A stretch of 40,702 nt of DNA, taken from the IMG/VR virus record IMGVR_UViG_3300032212_000052, positions 1 through 40,702 of that record; one strand, given 5' to 3'. Below are positions 1 through 6,855 of this stretch, in pieces. The translations under genes and the position numbers were made by a program. Below the pieces are notes generated by a model, which did not search any database, was not told the DNA's origin, and saw nothing but the letters and a program-made list of their open reading frames with translations. This DNA is from a virus (taxonomy: Duplodnaviria > Caudoviricetes). Numbering within the stretch: the first letter of the stretch is position 1; each line of letters begins with the position of its first letter.

Positions 1-127
1 AATCACTGCTGTAATCCATCATTACCCCCCCCTATGTTAGTAGCTCTATTATTTTTTCTTCGTTATTCATATATCTAGATCTTCAAATGCAGATTTTATT
101 GATTCGTACATGGGTTGAATATCATAT
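1..127. repeat. 127-bp direct repeat, left copy (circular assembly overlap)
   Basis: 1-127 is identical to 40576-40702. 127 is a common assembler k-mer, and the overlap cuts through the thg1/rep junction. Confidence 0.93.
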
Positions 128-747
128 CTAACATCAAGGCCATACGATGTATTTAAAATAAAAGATCCGTTTTTCTGTTGGTCGCTTAGGTCGATTGTCC
201 AGTTTTTACCGACTTTATGTAACATTTCGTGCATATCGGATCTGTTTTTACCATGAAGATCTTTATGCGAAAAGCTTGATCTTGAATACATTTGCAAGCT
301 ATTTCTTTCCCAGTCCTTCGCCCTCCACAAAAATACATTTATAACGTCTGTAGCAGGAACATTAAACGCCCTACTATCAAAAACAGGTGTTTTATCTGTG
401 TTTAGGTGCTTTATTAGTCTTACAGACATTAAAGCTGATGAGATAGAGACTACTTTTTGCAGATTATAATTAAACCAGCCTTGAGTTTCCAAAGAATCGT
501 AATCAGTCAGACAGAATGTAACCTCGTCTGACTGAATATAGGCAGCTTTAAATCCCTGCATCTCTTCTGCAACATCTTTAGCAGCGTCAACCATTGCGTC
601 CATAAGACTGCTATCGAACGGCCTCCCCATTCCTTTCGTAAAAGTATGGAAAGCCCTCCCATCAACTCGAATTATTAGCGGCGTTCTTTGTGTGGCAAAA
701 TTTCTCGTTACCAATTCATACCTTTTAATCCTATCACCAAGACTCAT
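67..747 (-). CDS. thg1: tRNA(His) guanylyltransferase Thg1-like protein (3'-5' polymerase)
   Basis: Motifs IIRVDGRAFHTFT, YIQSDEVTF, FDSRAF and WRxxDxxRNSL, with both catalytic Asp residues. SD GGGG upstream. Confidence 0.93.
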   Translation of the reverse strand: MSLGDRIKRYELVTRNFATQRTPLIIRVDGRAFHTFTKGMGRPFDSSLMDAMVDAAKDVAEEMQGFKAAYIQSDEVTFCLTDYDSLETQGWFNYNLQKVVSISSALMSVRLIKHLNTDKTPVFDSRAFNVPATDVINVFLWRAKDWERNSLQMYSRSSFSHKDLHGKNRSDMHEMLHKVGKNWTIDLSDQQKNGSFILNTSYGLDVRYDIQPMYESIKSAFEDLDI

Positions 748-812
748 TTTTTAACCCCCTTCTTTATTTACCTAGATATTAACTGATGAAGTATAATAAT
801 GCAAGGTTTATT

Positions 813-998
813 TTAATGTAGTCTGCTAAATTCACTGCATTTAACAATCATCACACTTAACCCATCCTTCCTATAGTTCTCCACAATAGGTAGCATTTTA
901 TAAAATTCTAATTCGCTGCAATCATTTTCCTTTTTGTAGCATGCTGAACACATGCTCCCTTTAGGCTGGAATCGTAACTTCATTTCTTTATCGCCCAT
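813..998 (-). CDS. Small Cys-rich phage hypothetical protein
   Basis: QPKGSMCxxC...C motif; GAGGTG SD. Confidence 0.7.
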   Translation of the reverse strand: MGDKEMKLRFQPKGSMCSACYKKENDCSELEFYKMLPIVENYRKDGLSVMIVKCSEFSRLH

Positions 999-1035
999 AT
1001 TTCACCTCTATTTTTAGACATAAGCTACCCAAGGG

Positions 1036-1566
1036 CTACCTAAAATCATCTTCAAATATATTAGATTTCCCTAAATTACAGTCCTCACATAAAATCTGTA
1101 AGTTATTAATATCAAGCTCTAATTGTGGGTATTTAGACCTTGGTTTAACGTGGTCAACGTGCAATATTATTCCGTCTTTAGGTTGTGCTCCACAACACAT
1201 ACAAGCCCTTCCACATCTTAGTAAAGCCTTATATCTTAATTCTCTCCATTTCCTGCTTCTGTAAAACTCGTTTGCCGGTCTTTTTTTAAAGTCTCTGCCA
1301 TTAATAATAAAACTGGCGAATTTTTGTATTGCGTTTTTATTTGCTTTTTTTGACCTTTTGCTTTTCCATTTTGTTTTAAGCCTAACTAATTCAGCTAGTT
1401 CTACATTTCTTATATTTGGATCAACATTAAAATATTTAATACACGCTTTCCTTGCTTCTGTAAATCTAGATGTTGCCATTCTTACGGTTGATTTTTTGGG
1501 TATAAAAGTATCTTCTTCTTTCCATTCCCAATTCTTACTAAACCCATTATCTTTATTAGTTCCCAT
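1036..1566 (-). CDS. HNH endonuclease
   Basis: CMCCG...LHVDHVKP...NLQILCEDCNLGK. Confidence 0.9.
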   Translation of the reverse strand: MGTNKDNGFSKNWEWKEEDTFIPKKSTVRMATSRFTEARKACIKYFNVDPNIRNVELAELVRLKTKWKSKRSKKANKNAIQKFASFIINGRDFKKRPANEFYRSRKWRELRYKALLRCGRACMCCGAQPKDGIILHVDHVKPRSKYPQLELDINNLQILCEDCNLGKSNIFEDDFR

Positions 1567-1912
1567 TACTTTATTCCCTATAGTTAATTATTCCAGAAAG
1601 AGTGAAGGAGAAATTAAGGCAAAGAGTACCCAAACCCACTAAAAAGTAAGTTGGTCTCCTTGCCGTTTATTCCGTCAGTCGTTCAGTCGAATAGTCGGCC
1701 TATAACATAGTGATTTTAGTTATAGTTAGCGATTCAGGAAAATTCACTTCCCCTTATCTGGGTTCGCCTTTAGAGTTCCATGCTATTTTGATAAGTCCAC
1801 GTTGTAATAGCCTAACCACATTTAACGCAACCGAGTCGAAAGGGACGTATACATTAAATATGACCTAGCAGAAAAATGAGAGGGCGTAAAAATGATTAGG
1901 TGGTAAAAACTA

Positions 1913-1943
1913 TTGACATCTGTATAAATTACTATGTTATAAT
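1913..1943 (+). promoter_or_regulatory. Sigma70-type promoter, antisense to the leftward operon
   Basis: TTGACA (1913-1918), 19 bp spacer, TATAAT (1938-1943) with extended -10 TG at 1935-1936. Confidence 0.7.
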
Positions 1944-1948
1944 TCTTC

Positions 1949-2099
1949 CCGTCTAGTGTCCCTCTCAAAAGACAAGCTAGATAACTCAATCTTACCCCAT
2001 GTTGCGTTCACTGGCAACTAAGATTGTGCCGTATCCCCTCGGTTAATAGGGGAAAATTATCACCCCCACTCTTTACCGGCCTTGTGCCGGTATTTTTTT
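1949..2099 (+). ncRNA. Putative ~150-nt small antisense RNA
   Basis: Lies between the promoter at 1913-1943 and the terminator at 2074-2099. No credible ORF. Hairpin 1952-1981 with loop CCTCTCAAAA. Confidence 0.5.
2074..2099 (+). terminator. Rho-independent terminator
   Basis: TACCGGC-CTTGT-GCCGGTA followed by T7. Confidence 0.8.
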
Positions 2100-2355
2100 C
2101 TGTTATAATATAATTAATGCGAGTAATGGCCTTGCACAACCTTAATGGGGAAAATAAATAAAACATAAGATTGCACACTTCAAAGGTGCAGATAAAATCC
2201 ACCACGCCCTTGATTTGAAAAGTCAGGTAATACGAAAGGGGCGTGGTGGTAGCCAAACAAATAGAAAGAAAGCTTATTGCGTTGCTTACCTTATATCTTT
2301 GATATTATGCGATAGGCCGCTGTAATGGCGGCTTTATCAATTAAAGGGTAATATT

Positions 2356-2529
2356 ATGGAACCAACAGAAAAAGAAATTAAACAGGCAATAAAAGATAAT
2401 CCTGATTTACCGTACAGCTTTGTAAAAAATTCGCTAATAGCAATGAGCGAAGCAGAGAGCGACGCATTAACTGCATATAAGCGTGGAAGTGAAAAATATA
2501 ATAGCGCACTTGCCGAATTATCTGATTAA
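2356..2529 (+). CDS. 57-aa orphan ParD-like antitoxin C-terminal fragment (not in ORF track)
   Basis: MEPTEKEIKQAIKDNPDLPYSFVKNSLIAMSEAESDALTAYKRG...; NPDLPYSF is the hallmark of the ParD-like antitoxin family. SD AAGGG upstream. Confidence 0.65.
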   Translation: MEPTEKEIKQAIKDNPDLPYSFVKNSLIAMSEAESDALTAYKRGSEKYNSALAELSD

Positions 2530-2652
2530 TGTATAATAAACACGCACTGATATAAAGCGCAGCCTAATGGCCGTTGGTGTACCGCCTTTGTAGGTTCTAG
2601 GCGATCTAGAATAGGTTTTTAGCTGGACTAAAAATAAATAAGAGTAGCGCCT

Positions 2653-2703
2653 ATACCCCCTCACACCCTAGAATTAGACTAGGTAATGTCAGGGGTATTT
2701 TTT
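2653..2703 (+). terminator. Long hairpin plus U-tract
   Basis: ATACCCC (2653-2659) pairs with GGGGTAT (2692-2698); inner CCTAG/CTAGG stem; T-run to 2703. Confidence 0.6.
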
Positions 2704-2743
2704 CGCCTCCATAAAAATAAATAAACTTTTTTAGTAAATTAAC

Positions 2744-2771
2744 TTGCAATTATCCTAAATACGGCTATACT
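2744..2771 (+). promoter_or_regulatory. Early rightward sigma70 promoter
   Basis: TTGCAA, 16 bp, TATACT, preceded by an A/T-tract UP-like element. Confidence 0.6.
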
Positions 2772-2807
2772 GGATGTAAGTTAGAAATTAATTGAGAGGG
2801 TGAGTAA

Positions 2808-3080
2808 ATGTATCTATATCTACTAAAACAATTAGAAGAATGCGTTGAAACTAAAGAAGGTAATAACTGGAATATCACATTATGTTCAGATGGCAGTGGT
2901 GAATTGGTTCATCCAAACGGAGAAGCACTTCATGTGTTTAATAATGAAGAAGAGCTCATTATATATGTGAAATCAATCTGTAAATGCACAGAGGCTATAT
3001 TAACCTTTGGTAAGTGTATGGAATTAATACAGGAAGGGTGGGAAGAAATTAGTGATATTGATGTTGCCGAGTGTGGGTAA
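2808..3080 (+). CDS. Hypothetical protein, first gene of early operon; its stop codon lies in the first att site
   Basis: ORF with GAGAGGG SD; ends GGGTAA|C. Confidence 0.75.
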   Translation: MYLYLLKQLEECVETKEGNNWNITLCSDGSGELVHPNGEALHVFNNEEELIIYVKSICKCTEAILTFGKCMELIQEGWEEISDIDVAECG

Positions 3081-3135
3081 CGGAAAGATTAAAAAGCGCC
3101 GCTTTCCGGCGTCTTTTTTGAATGAATTGTTATAT
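3075..3135 (-). repeat. attC site A1
   Basis: Minus strand reads ATATAAC AATTC ATTCAAAA ..hairpin.. TTTTAAT CTTTCC GTTACCC, i.e. R''-5bp-L''(extra C)-L'-6bp-R'. TAACAATTCATTCAA is the aadA-type attC left arm. Confidence 0.88.
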
Positions 3136-3154
3136 TTTTATTTATAGGTGAGTT

Positions 3155-3349
3155 ATGAAGGCTAGTTTATTACTACAACAAAGCGCAGACCCGTTTGATA
3201 CGGCATGTATGCAAGTTAGAGAAATGGAAGAAGCACTGCAAGAGCTTGTAGATCTTAAAAACTATAAAGATGAACACGGCAAGGATGAATTTTATTTAGA
3301 GAATCAGCCTAAAGCATGGAAAAGAGCAAGAGCTGTTTTGGAAATATAA
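3155..3349 (+). CDS. Cassette A1 hypothetical protein
   Basis: AGGTG SD; stop in ATATAA|C. Confidence 0.8.
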   Translation: MKASLLLQQSADPFDTACMQVREMEEALQELVDLKNYKDEHGKDEFYLENQPKAWKRARAVLEI

Positions 3350-3401
3350 CGCAGAGTTAAACGGCGCGTTAAGCGTCCGATTTTTGAACGCCTTGTTATG
3401 T
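3344..3401 (-). repeat. attC site A2
   Basis: + strand ATATAAC GCAGA GTTAAAC GGCGC..GCGTCC GATTTTT-G-AAC GCCTT GTTATGT. Confidence 0.85.
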
Positions 3402-3419
3402 GCAGGGCTTGGAGGAAGC

Positions 3420-3626
3420 GTGAGAGATAAATTTACTATTGGTGACAAAGTTAGATTAACGGAAAACCCTTTTGATGAGCAAATACCAGAAGAGGCAATG
3501 AGATTTGCAGCCGTTAATAATAAAACACATGTGGTTACACGCACCAAAGACGTACCTAGTGGGCAATGGATAAAAACTGACTTAATTAACGAATGGATAA
3601 GCTTTGGATGGTTTGTTGCCACATAA
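3420..3626 (+). CDS. Cassette A2 hypothetical protein (small beta-barrel-like; GTG start)
   Basis: GGAGG SD at 3411-3415 favours GTG 3420 over the track start 3384; FTIGDKVRL motif; stop in ACATAA|C. Confidence 0.75.
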   Translation: MRDKFTIGDKVRLTENPFDEQIPEEAMRFAAVNNKTHVVTRTKDVPSGQWIKTDLINEWISFGWFVAT

Positions 3627-3679
3627 CGGCTTTAATAAAGCGTGAGCGTAGCGAGTCGCTTTTGATTTAATTGTTATAT
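3621..3679 (-). repeat. attC site A3
   Basis: + strand ACATAAC GGCTTT AATAAAGCG..CGCTTTT-G-ATT TAATT GTTATAT; 59 bp; extrahelical G and T. Confidence 0.87.
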
Positions 3680-3692
3680 TACGGGGTAACGG

Positions 3693-3911
3693 ATGAGCAT
3701 TATTACTATCGGTGAACATCAGCACTTAAAAAACGACTATGTGTGCAGCTTTTGCGGCGATGAAAACAAAAGAGTTGTTGGACGAGCATATAAACAAAAA
3801 CGGCATGACTACCCAAAAAAGCACTATATGTTTTCTTACTGTGCGGATTGTGCATTAAGGCAAGCAGAGGAGATGGTGAAAGTTGCCCACCCGAAGCACA
3901 AGGTAATATAA
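3693..3911 (+). CDS. Cassette A3 zinc-finger protein
   Basis: CSFCG...YCADC (ClpX-type C4 finger pattern); stop in ATATAA|C. Confidence 0.75.
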   Translation: MSIITIGEHQHLKNDYVCSFCGDENKRVVGRAYKQKRHDYPKKHYMFSYCADCALRQAEEMVKVAHPKHKVI

Positions 3912-3964
3912 CAGCCAAGCTAACCAGCAAGCGTAGCGAAGTCTATGTTAGCGACCTGTTATAA
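3906..3964 (-). repeat. Array-terminal attC-like site, copy 1
   Basis: ATAACAGCCAAGCTAACCAGCAAGCGTAGCGAAGTCTATGTTAGCGACCTGTTATAA followed by ATGAGG SD; near-identical to 9302-9360 and related to 7237-7292. Confidence 0.8.
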
Positions 3965-3978
3965 ATGAGGATTAAAAT

Positions 3979-4263
3979 ATGAGCTTATTGCTAGACGAGA
4001 ATTTAAAAATGACAACAAAAGAAAGTTTACTTGTAAAGCTAACAGAACGCAGAGTTTTAGATGTAAGAATGGGCGAAATTTTCGACCTGTTGCCCAAAGG
4101 TACTACGTTAGAACTAAAGACATTTAAAACATTATTCAGGCAAAAAGAGAAAATGGATATTGAAGCGTTTTATTCTGAATTAGGGGCTTTATTGTACATG
4201 ATGTTATTTAGAATAATGGAAGAAGAAGAACAAGTGAAGGTTAATAACTGGGAGGATGAGTAA
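3979..4263 (+). CDS. Hypothetical protein
   Basis: GAGG SD; translationally coupled to the next ORF. Confidence 0.7.
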   Translation: MSLLLDENLKMTTKESLLVKLTERRVLDVRMGEIFDLLPKGTTLELKTFKTLFRQKEKMDIEAFYSELGALLYMMLFRIMEEEEQVKVNNWEDE

Positions 4264-4577
4264 TGAACCATACAGAATTACCTTGGAAAATGGAAGAACA
4301 GAATATACATACTGGCTCAATCTGTACGTGTCACGGCGACAAAGACACATGGTTTGAGGTATGGACTCAAAATTGGTCAAATGGAATTGACGCAGAAGCA
4401 AACGCCGCCTTTATCGTTAAAGCATGTAATAACCATTACAAAATACTTGATTTGTTAGATGAAGCAAGACTACAAATAGAATATTTGCATAGCAAATTTA
4501 AAGAAACCGGCTCAGGAAATATTGTGCTGTATAGAATAGAAGAAGCAATAAAACAAGTGGAGGATGACAATGAATAA
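4263..4577 (+). CDS. Phage accessory protein (HTxxPW...EANAAFIVKACN family)
   Basis: Recurrent phage early-gene motif; GGAGG SD. Confidence 0.75.
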   Translation: MNHTELPWKMEEQNIHTGSICTCHGDKDTWFEVWTQNWSNGIDAEANAAFIVKACNNHYKILDLLDEARLQIEYLHSKFKETGSGNIVLYRIEEAIKQVEDDNE

Positions 4578-4887
4578 CCCACAAGAAATGATGCAAGCAT
4601 TAATAGACGGTGAAACCTTAGAATCGTTTAACTGTAAATTAGCTAAATTAGAAGATGGTAATTTTGTTTGTGATGAAGGTTATGAAGTGCCAAACTTTAA
4701 AAATCATACGAGCTGGGATGTTCGCAAAGAACCCGCGCATATACAGGGAAATTATGGGTTTATGTATGCTAAAAAAGCAAGATTATCAAATCTTATTTTT
4801 AACACAAGGGAGGAGCTGGAAAAATATTTTGAGTTAGAGATTAAAAATAACATAGGCAAGAGCGTAAAGCTTGGAGTAATAGAATGA
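4570..4887 (+). CDS. Hypothetical protein
   Basis: GGAGG SD at 4559-4563 fits ATG 4570; overlaps neighbouring genes. Confidence 0.7.
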   Translation: MNNPQEMMQALIDGETLESFNCKLAKLEDGNFVCDEGYEVPNFKNHTSWDVRKEPAHIQGNYGFMYAKKARLSNLIFNTREELEKYFELEIKNNIGKSVKLGVIE

Positions 4888-5174
4888 ATCTTATAGAAAG
4901 CTGGAAAGAACGAGCAAAGGAAAAATACGGCTCTATCGGTGAAGGTGTGCGTGAATTAAATATGATTTTAAATATGAAACTTACACCTAGCCAGATAAAC
5001 GAAATGAGCAAAGGGAAAAGGTCTGTTCCTGCCAGCGTACAAAATATGATGATTAACGATACCTTGTTGACATCAATGGCTGATGCTGGCTTAACAGATG
5101 CGATGCTAGTGTTAACAATGGATCAGTTTTCTGAATTAAGAGATAAATTGTCATTACCGGAGAGGAAAAAATGA
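4884..5174 (+). CDS. Putative HTH DNA-binding protein
   Basis: LTPSQINEMSKGKRSVP resembles an XRE/Cro recognition helix. Confidence 0.55.
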   Translation: MNLIESWKERAKEKYGSIGEGVRELNMILNMKLTPSQINEMSKGKRSVPASVQNMMINDTLLTSMADAGLTDAMLVLTMDQFSELRDKLSLPERKK

Positions 5175-5374
5175 AATATACAAAGGACTACTTATCAAGA
5201 GATGTGGCCGGAACGATGTTAATTGGGTATATGAGAAATGTTCTTAATATGATGAAACGAACGGACAATCCAACAGAAGCAGATTATAAGGCATATATTG
5301 GCGCGTTTGATTTTATGCTTAAATGTTATGATGAAACTATTGAAGAATTAGAGAAAATAGAAAGGAGAATATAA
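5171..5374 (+). CDS. Hypothetical protein
   Basis: GAGG SD; ATGA overlap. Confidence 0.7.
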   Translation: MKYTKDYLSRDVAGTMLIGYMRNVLNMMKRTDNPTEADYKAYIGAFDFMLKCYDETIEELEKIERRI

Positions 5375-5568
5375 TGGCTATTTATATTTGTGATGAGCGC
5401 GGAAACTATAAAGATGATGATTATTTTCCTTGCGTTGAACATCCGAAAGGCGGTGATTTTTGTTGCGAAGAATGTGCAGACGAGATTGAATACCAAATAG
5501 AGAAAGATGAACTTAAAAAGCTTGCATCAAAAAATCAAAGAGAAGTTGAGGCGGGGCTGAAAAAATGA
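5374..5568 (+). CDS. Small Cys-rich hypothetical protein
   Basis: AGGAG SD; CCEEC motif. Confidence 0.7.
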   Translation: MAIYICDERGNYKDDDYFPCVEHPKGGDFCCEECADEIEYQIEKDELKKLASKNQREVEAGLKK

Positions 5569-5741
5569 GCTTACATACACAGGAAGAAAATATAGCAATG
5601 GCTAAGATAATAATTAGAGAATTAATAGCCTTCGATAATAAATGTAATAATCAGGAGTTTCCAGATAAAGCGATTCAGTGTGAGGAGTTAAAGAAAATCA
5701 CGGCGCTGGCTCGTATTGTTGGGGCGGATTTGGGGGAATGA
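5565..5741 (+). CDS. 58-aa hypothetical protein (not in ORF track)
   Basis: ATGA overlaps on both sides and fills the operon gap. Confidence 0.6.
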   Translation: MSLHTQEENIAMAKIIIRELIAFDNKCNNQEFPDKAIQCEELKKITALARIVGADLGE

Positions 5742-6040
5742 GTTTCTTTAAAGATAACCCAGTAAGAAGCAAGAAATATCTTAAATGGATAGATGGGCTT
5801 GATTGTTGTTTATGTCACGCACCCGCAGACACGCATCACCATATTATTGGGATAGGTGACGGAATAATGGGTGGTAAGGCATGTGACCTGCTTTCTATGC
5901 CTGTTTGCACTGGCTGTCATGCACTTTTCCATCGGCAACACGAAAACCCAGAACTTAAACTTGAGCAATGGGAATACGTGGCGAAAACATTACAGAAGGC
6001 CATAAAGGACGGAATCATTAAGGGTATTAAAGTCGCTTAA
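5738..6040 (+). CDS. DUF968-like putative HNH/Zn nuclease
   Basis: RSKKYLKWI..CCLC..HHIIG..GGKACD..PVCTGCH pattern. Confidence 0.75.
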   Translation: MSFFKDNPVRSKKYLKWIDGLDCCLCHAPADTHHHIIGIGDGIMGGKACDLLSMPVCTGCHALFHRQHENPELKLEQWEYVAKTLQKAIKDGIIKGIKVA

Positions 6041-6248
6041 GCGTATCAGGGTTAAAGCCCTTATCAATCACATTTTGACGTTTAGAGGTTGGAACACCAC
6101 CATTTTTTAACCAGTTGTAAAGCGTGCATTTTTTATTCTTGTCGCCTAGCAACTTTTTAGCGGCAAATGAAATTGAGCCAAATTCGTCCAATAAGTTTTG
6201 GTGTAGCTCAGTTTGTTCTAATCGTTGTACTTGAGAACGCATATTCAT
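6027..6248 (-). CDS. Cro-like HTH regulator
   Basis: FGSISFAAKKL..TLYNWLKNGGVP pattern; divergent from the promoter at 6262. Confidence 0.65.
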   Translation of the reverse strand: MNMRSQVQRLEQTELHQNLLDEFGSISFAAKKLLGDKNKKCTLYNWLKNGGVPTSKRQNVIDKGFNPDTLKRL

Positions 6249-6261
6249 TTGAAAATAATCC

Positions 6262-6300
6262 TTGCATAGTTATACTATATGTGTATAATGTAACACATAG
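6262..6300 (+). promoter_or_regulatory. Rightward sigma70 promoter with overlapping palindromes (possible operators)
   Basis: TTGCAT, 16 bp, TATAAT (6284-6289); ATAGT-TAT-ACTAT and ATGTGT...ACACAT dyads. Confidence 0.6.
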
Positions 6301-6330
6301 AAAGTAAACATTCAATACGGAGATAGTTAG

Positions 6331-6462
6331 ATGATTCCAGAAGACGAGCTAAAAGAATTAATGGAAGAACGCGAAGAAAAAAGAATAGAAGATTTAGATT
6401 ATCAGGAAGAGTGTAAACAAGAGCGGTCTGATTGGGATATGAATGATAGTGATTATTTATAA
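6331..6462 (+). CDS. 43-aa acidic hypothetical protein (not in ORF track)
   Basis: GGAG SD; MIPEDELKELMEERE...; stop in TTATAA|C at the start of array B. Confidence 0.65.
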   Translation: MIPEDELKELMEEREEKRIEDLDYQEECKQERSDWDMNDSDYL

Positions 6463-6497
6463 CGGCGATTAAAGTTAATTAACTAGGGATAAAGAAA

Positions 6498-6785
6498 ATG
6501 TCCAAAGAAACCAAAGGACAAGGAGCAAACGCCGCGTTAGGCGGTCAAAAAGAGCGACTTTTTATACGTCCGATTAATTGTGATCAGGTTGCATGGATTC
6601 TGGATATTGCTGAAAGATACTTACCAAATAAGATAAATGTAGGAGTTTCCCAGCAAAGGGAGATGCAAAAATATGCAATGTTGTACGAAATAATGGAAGT
6701 AGCAAACCTTAAATTTGAGAATGATGAAGCAAGATGGAATGGTACGCCTAACCAAGCAAGGCTTTATGTCCGCGAGGACGTATAA
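6498..6785 (+). CDS. Cassette B1 hypothetical protein; N-terminus read through an attC remnant
   Basis: GAGCGACTT-TTTATACGTCC at 6552-6571 matches the reverse complement of the gene end GGACGTATAAC at 10 of 11 positions. Confidence 0.75.
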   Translation: MSKETKGQGANAALGGQKERLFIRPINCDQVAWILDIAERYLPNKINVGVSQQREMQKYAMLYEIMEVANLKFENDEARWNGTPNQARLYVREDV

Positions 6786-6855
6786 CGGCACTATTAACAG
6801 GCGCGCGGTAGCGCGTCCAAGCGAGGAACGAGCGATGTTGAATGATTTGTTATGG
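6780..6855 (-). repeat. attC site B1
   Basis: + strand GTATAAC GGCACT ATTAACA ..two hairpins.. TGTT-G-AAT GATTT GTTATGG. Confidence 0.87.

Larger units (their letters stand above)
3075..3964. mobile_element. Gene-cassette array A (3 cassettes: 3081-3349, 3350-3626, 3627-3911)
   Basis: Four attC-type sites separate three single ORFs; R boxes are complementary across each ORF. Confidence 0.85.

Noticed and set aside
67-747. Thg1 as the enzyme that creates cassettes from RNA
   Set aside because: No sequence evidence links it to the arrays, and known Thg1 chemistry is short 5' RNA extension.
1567-1895. Group I intron or retron ncRNA next to the HNH gene
   Set aside because: I could not find P7/core motifs or flanking exons, and there is no reverse transcriptase in the genome.
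2008-2256. 82-aa minus-strand ORF
   Set aside because: Non-ATG start and no SD; it spans hairpins and a terminator better explained as RNA structure.
1640-2800. tRNA genes in the intergenic region
   Set aside because: No cloverleaf with a T-loop GTTCRA and acceptor stem was recognisable by eye; tRNAscan-SE would settle it.
3075-3964. Repeats as a CRISPR array, REP elements or simple terminators
   Set aside because: The spacers are whole genes, the repeats differ in sequence but keep R/L box geometry, and there are no U-tracts after the stems and no cas genes.
3912-6462. One giant cassette, because GTTATAAAT (3958) complements ATTTATAAC (6455-6463)
   Set aside because: AT-rich match, and the interval holds about nine genes and a divergent promoter. 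The same site family terminates all three arrays, so the docking-site reading is simpler, though this alternative is not fully excluded.
6715-6834. ORF-track N-terminal extensions (6715, also 3384 and 8759)
   Set aside because: They overlap upstream genes or run across att sites without an SD. Better starts are at 6835, 3420 and 8819.
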